DNA of 64,000 nt from Trichoplax adhaerens (taxonomy: Eukaryota; Animalia; Placozoa): NCBI RefSeq assembly GCF_000150275.1, contig NW_002060943.1, forward strand, positions 5,538,008 to 5,602,007, written 5' to 3'. Each line of letters begins with the position of its first letter. Position 1 is the stretch's first letter. Shown one piece after another: positions 1 to 11,700 of the stretch. Position numbers and translations under genes: made by a program. The notes under the pieces were generated by a model that was given only the letters and a program-made list of their open reading frames with translations, made no database searches and was not told where the DNA came from.

Positions 1-624
1 AAACTCTAATCTGGGAGCATCTTCTCCATCGAAAGTAATTTATTGTCTTAATTACATTCATAAGAATTATATTTTTAATGATGAACCCAATCATAATTAT
101 CCTTTTGTTCTTAGAATCAACAAGCTAATTGCTATTTCGGATCTAAAATAATCTAAATTACTTTTCGTATATAAAGCTGGAAGTGAGTTGACTGTAGCCA
201 AAAACAATCAATGCAGATCCATGACGGCTGTTGGCAGGTTAGGTTACATTGGTACTTGTTACTCTGTTGTATCTATTTTTCATTAGCTATTTTGCTTGAT
301 AAATGAACATAAATCCTGCTACAAGAGAGTTATAATTTTTATTTCAGTTTATCATTAACGTACGTTTTCATCAATATCGCCTTCTAAATTTGACAGTGGG
401 TACTTTGATTTTACAGCATTATTAGATGATGTAGTGAATTACGTTTCCTTGTATACAGTAGAATACATAAAACTAATTCGTCATGTTTTAACAACAAACG
501 ATGTCTACAATGTCGTTATAATATCCGATTAATTTCAGTAAATAATATATATTTATTATTTATAAACTAGGAAAATGATCAATTCTCCAATACTCAGCCC
601 CTGTTGTCTTTAAGTTCTCCACAT

Positions 625-963
625 ATGAAATTTCCTTCCACATTTACATATCAGTATTCTAATTTTAGCGATAGAAGCGATCAAGTCATCTTGTTTAATT
701 TTAATTCACTGAATGATTTATGACAATCTTGAAGATAATTGCTACCAAAGTTTATTCTTAACCGTGGTGAGCTATTAATAGTGGTATGGCATTTTCTGAG
801 CATGAAATTTCCCTCCATATTCATATATCAGTATTGTCATTTAGCGATAGAGCACGATCAAGTCATCTTATTTAACTCTCTAAATGACTTATTACAAATC
901 TTAAAGATAATTGCTACCAAAGTTTATTCTCTAACCATGAGTAACTATTAATGATAGCATGGC
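625..963. repeat. Diverged tandem duplication, 2 copies, period ~177 bp
   Basis: atgaaatttcc...tatcagtatt...ttagcgataga...cgatcaagtcatctt...aagataattgctaccaaagtttattct...atggc starts at 625 and again at 802. Confidence 0.85.
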
Positions 964-1405
964 GTAGCCATCTATCAATTGGATTCGTCATCGTTAGTTT
1001 ATCTTAGGTACTCATTGATGACAAAAATGATGGCCTTCTCGGTGAATAATAAAATAGACTTTGATTTTCTTTATCCTTTACCATCAAGCAGTTCTTCCCA
1101 TTGTATAATTTTCACGCATTTAATTGGTTCAATTTTAAGATATTTATATTCTAGAATACTTTTTAAATCAATATTGTCATTTCCTAGCCTGACTTGATTG
1201 ACAATATTCATGAAATTGCATTCCCTTATATATGTATAATTTCATCGGCGTGCCCTGAACCAATCTATTTGCAGGAAGATGGTTTCTATAGTAAGGCTCC
1301 GATGTTAAATAATAAGATGGCGGCACCAGTCCGAATGGGAATATAGTAGTGGTGCCAAAGTTATCACTCTTAGGCGCTAGGATAATCAAGTGCTGCTATA
1401 GAGGA

Positions 1406-1440
1406 TATAAAAGGCTGGCTCATTTTGGACAGAATCAGTT
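1406..1440 (+). promoter_or_regulatory. Candidate Pol II core promoter (TATA box + initiator) upstream of GPCR-1
   Basis: TATAAAAG at 1406-1413 and TCAGTT at 1435-1440, which puts the TATA T at -31 from the Inr A (1437). A splice acceptor (cttcattcttgtttcag, AG 2556-2557) lies 30 nt before the GPCR-1 ATG. Confidence 0.45.
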
Positions 1441-2586
1441 GATAATCTGCGATCTAACTGTTTACAGCTACATAATCTGAGTTTACTACCGTAATATTCC
1501 ACAATAATTTTATGTAATAAACTATTTTAACCAATAGATTTAGGAAAGAGTGATTGACAGCTTGAGTAGGGATAGAGATTGTACTTTATTACATTATCTT
1601 AATTTGATGAGTAATATTATTCAACATTTTCGTAGAGTGGAAAAATCTATGGAATGTTGATGCCGCGGGTAGTGCTGCAAATATTGACCAATAATTTTTC
1701 TTTCAGGAAATCGAACTGAAAGCTTAATTAAAGTCTAAACACTACCTTAGGCGATAAAATTGTTAGGCCTTAAGTATTGTAAATCGTTCACTTTGATAAT
1801 ATTGCCTTGAGATCATCATATTAGGATTTAGTACATCACTAAATTTCAAATTATACTTAGTTGACATTGGTAGCTAAGTGCAAAATAAAGTATGGCCTAG
1901 CAACACAAATTGGTTATTTTTAACCGATAATCTAATTACTATCGTAATGGCTGCTACTTTCGCTAAAGCTTAGTCCATATTACAATGCAAAGACTGATTA
2001 AAGAAATTTACGAATACATATTTCATTATATATACGTCTTGGATGAATCAAAATGGAACTCGAAATATGTATTATTGGAGTAATATTATATCATTGGAGA
2101 TTAAATAATTGTTTAGATATTGAAGTATATGATAAGAGGCTTATACTGTTAGATGTAATGATTACATTGATTTAGGGCACGAATGTAGCTTTAAGGATGC
2201 AGTAATTTTAATTGGAGATTATTATCAACTGTAGATTAGCGGTGAGTACTATTTACCGTATTATATGTTATATATTTATCTATAGGAACTTCAGAGACTT
2301 CAAAGTTTAGAAAGAGCTAAGCAAATCTTATCAAGCATTTGCTCAGTCCCTATTATAATTATAGAAGAAAATAGTCTAGTAGAAATTTGATTTCTCAAAA
2401 TAAATCAGCAGCTGATCTAGTCGTGATTCTTATTACTGTAATTCATGTCTGGACAAATTATAACGGAGAAATTCAATTCTATTAGTGTGCATAAACCTGT
2501 AACAGATGAAAAACTGATCAACCCTCTTTTATTAAATTCACTTCATTCTTGTTTCAGGGCAATTATTTCAAGAGTACAAAGCTACC

Positions 2587-3780
2587 ATGAATTCCTGGAT
2601 AACGAACATTTCATCATTAAATCATTCTCTGTATTCTCATGCTGCGTCAACGAATACATCTGATATATATCGGCTACGGATTGAGATTTTTTATGGCATT
2701 GTGGCCGTCTTAACAATTCTGAATAATTTAACCGTACTGCTGATAATTCTCTCCAATCGAAGACTTCATAATTCTGCCAATGCGGTCATGGGAAGTATGT
2801 TTTTTGCCGGAATTGTGTTTGCATCAGTTTATATCTTTCCACGATATGTTATACCCGAAATAAGTATGCAGAATAACATCTACTGCAGTTTAGCCGGGAT
2901 TATTGCACCAACTGCGATAGTTATCATTAATCTACACTTAATGATGATCAGTTGGGATAAATATCATGCTGCACATGATCCATTTGAGCATAGAGCAGTA
3001 AAAGATAAGAAAGCTTTTGGTATTATCTCTAGTTTAGTCATTTGGATCTTGGCTATATACACTGGATTGCTACCGATTATTCTACAATTTCGAGTCATAG
3101 ATCAACGAGATTGCAGCCAAATCAGCTATATCAACATTCATTATGAAAGAGTCTACTACTATTTAGTAGTAGGGATATTTTTTGTATTACCATTTATTAT
3201 CAAGACTTATTTTTATCTCAGTATTTATCAAATAATTAAAAAGAGTACAGCCAAGGCGATAGGAGATACAAATAAAATCCAAGATATTCGAAAACATTAT
3301 AAAGCTGCAAAAGTAATCGCCATTTTAGTTATTACTTATTTCTTGATGTGGACCCCTTTCGTTATCTATCTCGCTTTTTGGATTGGCATCAGCTCAGAAA
3401 AATTATTTTACAACCCCCAATTATTTAAAAGCATCTTAGATTGGCGCCAAGCTAGTCAATGTGTTGCTTTCACCTATCCAGCTATAAATCCTATCCTTTA
3501 TGGATATTTTATTCCGGATATAAGAAATTATTTTGTCAGTTTATTTTATAAGAGGGAAAGATTGAATACTTCTTTAAGTAGAACCAAATTGACTAATGCA
3601 TCCTTTGGAGCTTCTGAGATGAAAGATGCGCAAAGAAATTATGACAACGCTAACAGATCAAATGAGCAAATTGCATGCGTCCAAAATTATGATAATTCCG
3701 TAACGAAACTGGATCTTAATCCTAACATTGTCGATGCAAGCTTTTCCGATTCCAGTCAACTGAATGTGGCAAGTTTCTGA
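2587..3780 (+). CDS. Class A (rhodopsin-like) orphan GPCR, paralogue 1 (397 aa, intronless CDS)
   Basis: Seven hydrophobic segments, TM3 Cys (YCSL), DKY in place of DRY, TM5 FVLP, TM6 MWTPF, TM7 YPAINPILYG (NPxxY), N-terminal N-glycosylation sequons. Confidence 0.93.
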   Translation: MNSWITNISSLNHSLYSHAASTNTSDIYRLRIEIFYGIVAVLTILNNLTVLLIILSNRRLHNSANAVMGSMFFAGIVFASVYIFPRYVIPEISMQNNIYCSLAGIIAPTAIVIINLHLMMISWDKYHAAHDPFEHRAVKDKKAFGIISSLVIWILAIYTGLLPIILQFRVIDQRDCSQISYINIHYERVYYYLVVGIFFVLPFIIKTYFYLSIYQIIKKSTAKAIGDTNKIQDIRKHYKAAKVIAILVITYFLMWTPFVIYLAFWIGISSEKLFYNPQLFKSILDWRQASQCVAFTYPAINPILYGYFIPDIRNYFVSLFYKRERLNTSLSRTKLTNASFGASEMKDAQRNYDNANRSNEQIACVQNYDNSVTKLDLNPNIVDASFSDSSQLNVASF

Positions 3781-6700
3781 TGCTATTGCGGATATAAAGT
3801 TCAGCAATGACGTGTTTAAGCTTGATAGTGCGTAGAATAATAATATAAACCGGATATCACAATTATTGCTTAAGCTAAAGGTCTAAGATACAATGAATAG
3901 TAATTTTCGTTTGTCAAAAAACTCGGGTAATCGGAGATTGACGATAAAATTTGTATAAATGAGGTCAAAGTCTGACTAATACGCGTGGATATTCTAAAAT
4001 TATAATTTTGATACGAAAGTATTTCATGTTAGTAAAATGAGTGCATTTGAAGTAATAATTTGAAGTATTTAAGATAAAAACTGATCTACTTTAAAGTAAT
4101 GATATAAATTTCAAAGTAGTTTCATCTACGTTACAAGTAGGAAGTCTCTCAAAGATTCAAATGATTAATTTTGGATAATTGGATGGTTAATCTTCATACG
4201 GTACCGTACTTTGCTAAAGCAGTTGTTATTGTATTTTTTTACAAGTATACAATTGCGTGCTAATAACTTCTTGGCTAGGCAATTTTTTTTCTGACTGTTC
4301 CTAGGATGCTTACCTCTATTAGGATTGTAATCCTTACGAAGAATCTACATGTATTTTCCAGTACGTGACCGTATCCTAATATTTAGCCCTTTCATGGGTA
4401 TTTATTGGAACTGAAAGAAAATATCAGCCGTATTTGCTATCCATTCTTTTATACTAATGTCATCAACACTAAATTTTCGTAAAACGTTTAAGATTTAGAG
4501 ATATTGTTTGCGATAGATAATAAATCAATGGATTATACACATCAATATTTATATACATACTATACTAGATAAAATCAGCGTGAATTATAAAATACGGCTA
4601 AATATCGAACATTTGAATAATTTTAAGTAGATCTTATCGATAAATGAATACAAGTTAATATGCATAATTAGATACTGCGGCATGATAAATGCAGTGATCT
4701 ACTCAAATATAAATGGTGTTGCTCTTTCTATGTATTTACTTTTCAAGTAATACAAATGTATGTTCAGATTTTACTTGTGCATATTATTTTTATTATAAGC
4801 ACCGATAACTATTCTTTATTTATTATCAGCTTAAATGTTAAAAATATTATAAGGAGAATGTCCGAGTTGCAAATCAGTCGGATTAACTGCACGTTACTAC
4901 TATAATATCATCATATGTATCACATAACGCACAAGTTATTCCTCAATCATTTAATTTAAGTAACCCTAATATTAGCTAAAATGCGACCTCTTTCTTCAAC
5001 AATATACTTCTATTTAGATACTAATACTCATCTAAGTTTGATATAAACTGCAATAATCAAATAGTAAGTTATACATATTGGTACACTGTAGAGAATGTAA
5101 AATGGTTAGCAAGGCTGATTAAATAAATTCTATCTTAATACTGTTATTAATGTTCATCTTGTGCTGGAGTCAAAGAAATAAGACTATGTTTATATACATG
5201 CATTCTATTATTATGATTGCTATCATTTGCGGTACTGATAAAATGCCATTTACGGTTGATTTGGCGTTTATTCTACTATAGACTGTATTTACTCAATATT
5301 CATTCAGTTTCCATATTGTTATTACAATAGAACCTCAGTTAGAAATGAATAACGGCTGCTAAACAGAATTATGTTAGGCTGCCAAATTTTAGGTAAACCT
5401 GAAGTTCATTATCAGACATGGTGTAACTGCGTTATTGCAGCTCTATAATTTAGCATGAGACAAAAGTTAGATTTGGTGATATAATAGCAATTGATAATAG
5501 CATCTGGAAAAATATTGAGTACATAAGATTAAAAACATGCCAATTACACAATCTATTAATTAATTTCTTAATAATGATGTGTAAATGGTCTCCAATTAAT
5601 TAGTTTAGAGAAATTTTCATGCGCAGCGTTGAGATAATTAGCAAAAGTAGTATGCTATTTAGTAAATGAAACATTTTAGTTGTTGTGATTCAATATTTTG
5701 ATTATAGTACCATTAAAAAATAAAGTTTCATTAATAGATTCTTTATAACTTACTGATATGACTAATTGAATGCTGTAATTGAACAGCAAGATGACGTTTA
5801 ATGTAATGAGAGAGACTATCAAGACTAGTTTAGTTACATGCATACAGTGCACTTTTCTAATGGGGGTAAAGTAGTACAATGTGTAAAAGTCGTTAATGAG
5901 AACTTATTAATCGGCAGTGATAAATTATTTGCAAGTAGTAATGTGCTAGTTTAATTTATTTTATTCTGCTTTTATCTATCTGAACAGTAATTGTGCTGCA
6001 GGATTGCCCTCCAGTAAAAAATATATACAATCAGGGGTAAATTTTTGCTACATTTTATCTGATATTACTTCGCTCAAGTATATCAACGTTTAAACATAGA
6101 CTGCTTTATTTGGCAGTGTAGCGGTAACATGTTACTTATCATTTTTTATGTTTGATCTAGCAGCTTCCTGAAAATATTAATCGGCGAACTAGTATTGTGC
6201 TTAATTTCGAATTAAATTGATTTAAAGCCTAGATAATTTTATCAGTCATTAATGGGTCAAATACAAGCGTAAATATCAAATTGAGCGGCTGGTTAACATA
6301 TCGCGACCTGTATTCATGAAGGTTGTAACTATTAATTAAAATTTATCTTTTGTTGTACGCAAATATAAATTTACCTTATTAACAATATTGAGAACTGCTT
6401 ACATAATAAATACAGTACAAGCTTATATATAAACAAGTTGGTAATTAAATAATGCATTACAGTCATTCTTTTAGTATCGAAGAGTAGCGTGATAACTTAT
6501 ACAGAGAACAAATCTTACTGCAGTATTGCCGACTAAAACACTGCAATTCTATCTATTAAATTACATATTCAAAATCAATGATATTGACGAGAGATGATAT
6601 AAAGCCATCGCCCCCGTTCATTAATGAAATTACTTCACGATTATAACAATTTGATATTGGTGGCAATCTTACAACCGGAGCGAAAAACTTAGAGACTAAT

Positions 6701-7741
6701 TACTAATAAATGATGTGCTTGCTTGTAATATTTTATGTTATAAAATTCCACCCTTGCGGATTTGATTACCCATCGATAGAAAATACATTCTTTCTTGAAT
6801 AGATCCACTTAAATTACTGTAGAGAGTAATGACTAATTAAGTAAACATTAGATTAAAGATACAATACACCCTTAATTAGGATTCTGTTGTGGTAAGAAAG
6901 AATCTTCAAGGGTTATTTGACTTTTTGTTCTATTTTGATATAAACATGCTTGATAACAATACTGTAGTGATGAAAAGCTACGCCTACTGTTGTAACTGAT
7001 CAATCCCACAGAGCTATCTAATTTGCGAAGTCGGTTTGATGATTAAATTGTAGTAAAACTAATATTGTCTCGCAATACGAATTAGTAATTCCAGTACTAG
7101 TTAAGAATTGAACTTCAATTCAAAACTTACCGCATAAAATGATTGTTAAATATTCTACCATGAAGTTATAAGTCGCAATGCAAAAGTCACGGCACTATAA
7201 TGATTATCAAGTATTTTTTAGCGTGAAGTCTTAAGGATTGGTGGTGGTTCGATCCTTTGATAGGCTGTATTCATATGCTAATGTTAATTGTGTTTGCCAT
7301 TAAGAAAGATATAAAATTAATGAGAAGCTCGCATTTCCGCGTCGAAACTTGTTCTTTTTGACTTACATATGGTAAAAAGTACTACTGGCCTTTTATTAGT
7401 GTGGTAAAATCTATAGATAAATATCAAAAAACAAACCATATTCCGACGACTCTCGATATTATAAGCTATTGATAGATTAGCAAGAAAGTAAATGTTCGAA
7501 ATCAATTTTCCATCGATGTAGAGTTATTGACAAACCAGATTTACACACAGTGATTTCTACTTATTAACATGAAATATATTTCCTCACTTGGCCTTAATCT
7601 ATCTATAGCAGCAGCAAATTAATTTTGCGATCAAAGTGATCCTAATTTTAGCTTTATTATCATTAAATCTACCCTGTAACTACAATTGCAGTTTACATTA
7701 AAATAAGCAATTATTAGAATCATTTTAAATTATCTATTGCA

Positions 7742-8734
7742 ATGGCTAATAACTCTTTCTCACCAACATGGTTACCAGTCAATGATACATTCGAGGGTAT
7801 CCCATCGCAAAGTATCCATCCATTTCGAATATTTCAAGCAGCAGCTTACGCAATTATTGGCAGTGTAACTATTTTAGCAAGTCTTGCAACTATTGCCATT
7901 ATTATTCAAAATTTACGGCTTAGAAAAAATCAAGATTTTTTAGATGGTGAGCAACAGAAAATATCCAATGTAATTATGATTAGTATGTTTGTGGCAGATA
8001 TTATCTTTTCAATTGGATATCTTTTCCCTCGATTTGTGATTCCTGCATCTTATAATAACAACGTTTATTGCAGCCTTGTAAGCAGCATTGCTCCGACTAT
8101 CATAACTATTATTAATCTTAGCCTGATGGCCATTAGTATAGATACCCTTGATTGCATTATTAATCCTTTCCATTTACGATTTCGAACCAACAGTAAAAGG
8201 ATTGGATTACTAATATCGATCGGGATTTGGATTATCGCAGTGCTTGTTGGGATAACACCTTTCATAGTCAGTTTTCGTCCTATTAATCAAGATTACTGTA
8301 TACCTATGAATATCGACGAATTTGAAAAGGAACAAGCATATTTTTTGTCCGTCATTGGGATATCCTTCTTATTGCCTTTAATTGTCATGATATACTGCTA
8401 CACGCGTATCTTTATGCGAATTAGAAGGAGCAATTTCAACGATAAGATAAAAAGGAAGACAGCTAAAGTTCTGAGCGTATTTGTCTCAATCTACTTCGTC
8501 ATGTGGTTACCATTCGTTATTTGCTTAATACTAAATGCTATTTATCGACCAGTGCAACTAGCGGAGAAATTTCCGCAATTTGGTATGGTTGTTGCTATTT
8601 CCCAGCTTATTGCCTTTAGCTATCCAGCCATCAATCCAATCCTTTATGGATATTATGTTCCCTCGGTGCGGCGTTTTATGGTTTTTGTTGGTAATAAAAT
8701 ATTATCAAAGTTATTTTATTGGCGTCGGAACTGA
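7742..8734 (+). CDS. Class A orphan GPCR, paralogue 2 (330 aa, intronless CDS)
   Basis: 7TM; SMFVAD (TM2), YLFPRF, YCSL, DTL in place of DRY, MWLPF, YPAINPILYG; clearly paralogous to the other three. Confidence 0.92.
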   Translation: MANNSFSPTWLPVNDTFEGIPSQSIHPFRIFQAAAYAIIGSVTILASLATIAIIIQNLRLRKNQDFLDGEQQKISNVIMISMFVADIIFSIGYLFPRFVIPASYNNNVYCSLVSSIAPTIITIINLSLMAISIDTLDCIINPFHLRFRTNSKRIGLLISIGIWIIAVLVGITPFIVSFRPINQDYCIPMNIDEFEKEQAYFLSVIGISFLLPLIVMIYCYTRIFMRIRRSNFNDKIKRKTAKVLSVFVSIYFVMWLPFVICLILNAIYRPVQLAEKFPQFGMVVAISQLIAFSYPAINPILYGYYVPSVRRFMVFVGNKILSKLFYWRRN

Positions 8735-11700
8735 GTTTAACATTTCTATTGTCTCATTGAAATAGTCGCTGTATATCAACGATAGATTTTGTACATTTTC
8801 TTTTGAATGGATATACATACATATTGCTCCCTCTATGACCCATACTTTCGAACAAGAAACTTTTCTAGGTTATGCTATAGATGTTATAAAACCTTAATGT
8901 TATAGAGTTTAATATATATGTTCGGATTAGCTAAGTCACAAGTGACACTTATTATGGGTGATAAAATTCTCAAGATTGTTCGGTTGTGGAATCTGCAGTC
9001 ATATTATAACAGGCTCTATAATAACTATTTTAGCTATTTTAATTCATGTACAGACCAAGTTGGGTAGTTCATAGTAAGTTAAATAGCATGTTTTCATGAA
9101 GGATAACATGTAATGTATTGCTATATATATACGTAATCCGACTCTTGCTCTAAAGTATGTTATAGATTATAATCCCTTCAGTATAATATTGATATCAAGG
9201 TACAGCCATGAAGAAAATAATGTTTACAGTTTACTAATTTCCTGTGAAGATTAATACACTTAGTAAATTCGGATTGTATCCATGCAAGTTTGCTTTATTT
9301 TTACATCACTAAGTCAAATTTACGTCTTGAAATCATCTTCCAGTACTTTTTTATCTGCCGTACAAAATAAAATTTTCCTTCTACCATAAACAATGTTTTA
9401 AATGATGTCTATCTTAGTGAAAGATCGCCCAAGGGATTGATCGAATTAGCCCTTGCAGCGATTTGGAAGTCATAGCATTTCCTAATTTGGTCTAGCGTTT
9501 ATCTTCTACGGTAGTCTATAGCCGTCCCTTATCATTTCCCAAGTCAATTAAAAGACTGAATCAACAGACTGTCCTAGGATTACATTCATCACTGATATCA
9601 TATAATTATATAACCAGTTTAAAATTATGCAGTAGATCGCAATAACACGATTTATTGAAACTACTGTAAGTAATTATTAAAAATATTAGAGATATTTATG
9701 TTTGTCGATATCGGCTGGCCAGATTCTCGAATTGATTCAACAACAATTACTATTAAATGATAAAAATGTACAGGAGGAGAATGAATGGAAGGTTTTTAGG
9801 GCAAGCTGTTTAAAAAAGATCTTTAAATGAAAGGACAAGAATTAATGGAAGATCTTTAGGGCAAGCTCATGAGCTAGATAGGAAGAGAAATTAAAAATCC
9901 TATCAATCTTTAATTTGAATAAGAGGAAATTCTTTAATCGCTGCACTCTTTTTCGTAAGACTTAGCAAGAAAGTAAAAAGGAATGTTCCCATTTTGGAGG
10001 GTATAGAAATGATAAAACTAGTGGTAAAAGTGAGAAATTAATGTGATTGTATTAACCAGGAGAATCTAACATACTTGATAGTTATGCGATATTGTGCAGC
10101 AAACTACTGTTTTTTTTAATTTGAAATCTTCGTTCATACGGTCTATGTAAAATGTTTGCCTATATTTATTTAATATTTTCGTCATGTTTGATCGCTATCG
10201 CTAATTTAAATTAGCATTTCAATAATAATTATGAAACAGTTTCATCATGTTGAAGATGAAGTTATATGCTAAATTAATCTCTAATGTACTAAATAAATTG
10301 AAGCAGTGGGTTAATGTTCGGTATACCCGGATGACAGCATAACCTTTACAACAGATTTTATTTTATTTGCATAATGCCTTATAAATACAATATTTGCGCT
10401 AATTTGCACCTGCGCTGCCTAATATATAGGAAATGTTTCTCCAAAATAACGGGTATCTTGTGCTACAAATAGTAGAGTTCCAGTGGATTTTATTTTGAAA
10501 TTTTAACCGTAAGTCTATCCAGTTGATAGTTTGGTATAATTTTAGTTTTATTGCATAGTTTTTAATAACTCATGGACGGGAGAATTTCTGTTTCTAATAG
10601 CGGGCATAAAATAATTAATCTTAAATTCACATTCAGTCGTCTTTGCAGGCGAGTAAACCACTAGATGTGTTAAGCATCTCATTTAAAATTAAATTCTTTC
10701 ACGATTAAGAAATGAATGTTTTGAATTCTGCTAATTTATGGTTGCCCCAGGTATACGTCATCAACGATTAGTAAAGCAATACTAATAGCCTTCTTGCTTC
10801 GAAGCCATTTTGATCTAATTGAATTTATGATGATTGTGAGAAAATGACTCATTAATTAGAATAGCTTTAGAGTCGTCTGTGATATGTATTCAATTACAAT
10901 TTAAGATTCATAATCGTGATGAGAAAAACATCAAATGCCTATGAAGAGTGGAATTTAAAATTAGCTAGATGCTTAGTAATGTTTTGTTTGGTACTGATTG
11001 TCTCCAAGACAGTATTACATATTTGGTATAAAATAGATTTATTTTCTCAAAAGATTTATCGATGAAATAACTAATAATAGCAGTTATCTTAAAAACTACT
11101 AATGAAAATTTTGAATGCATTCTTAAATTAATTATATCCAGTTTTATACGGATTATCATCCTTAATAATTTAAATTACTGGGGCCTTTTAAATCAGAAAA
11201 ATAATAATTATTAATGAGGTACAGAGTTGGAAAGAACTATGACAATTTTAAATGAATATTTTAATTCAATAAACAATAAATTTCGGTAAGAACGAATCCA
11301 TAATCATTAAAATCATTATGGTCTTTCAATTTAGTAAATAATCAAAAGATGAAATCAAAAGCTAAGCTGGTTAATGATTAATGAAGAAATAATACCATAT
11401 CTCACCGCTATAATCTATTTATATCCAACTTCTCTCCAACTTTGATCACTTTTGGATCACGTATCCTATGTCATCATGAAGTTCTGGAGATCTTGGTGGA
11501 TATTTTGGCGTAGAGAAACGGCAGTAGTTCCTTTCCAACAAGATTCCGGCATTCAGATGGAGAAGGGTACCAAAAAAGAGAAAATCGTGAAATTTCTTAT
11601 ATCGACCAACTTCTCGCATTTGGAGTAATGGTCTGGTACGATGACACAGATTCGGATGGGATTCAAAGTTTATAATGATGATGGCTAACATAAAAATGAT

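Noticed and set aside
1177-1389. 70-aa minus-strand ORF
   Set aside because: Non-ATG start and no recognisable motif; it abuts the candidate GPCR-1 promoter.
11400-11700. GC-richer patch with an 81-aa minus-strand ORF; fragments such as DPKVIKVG and LLQM faintly recall DEDDy exonucleases
   Set aside because: The fragments lie in different frames and out of order, with stops and no catalytic motif. A BLASTx would be needed, so no call is made.
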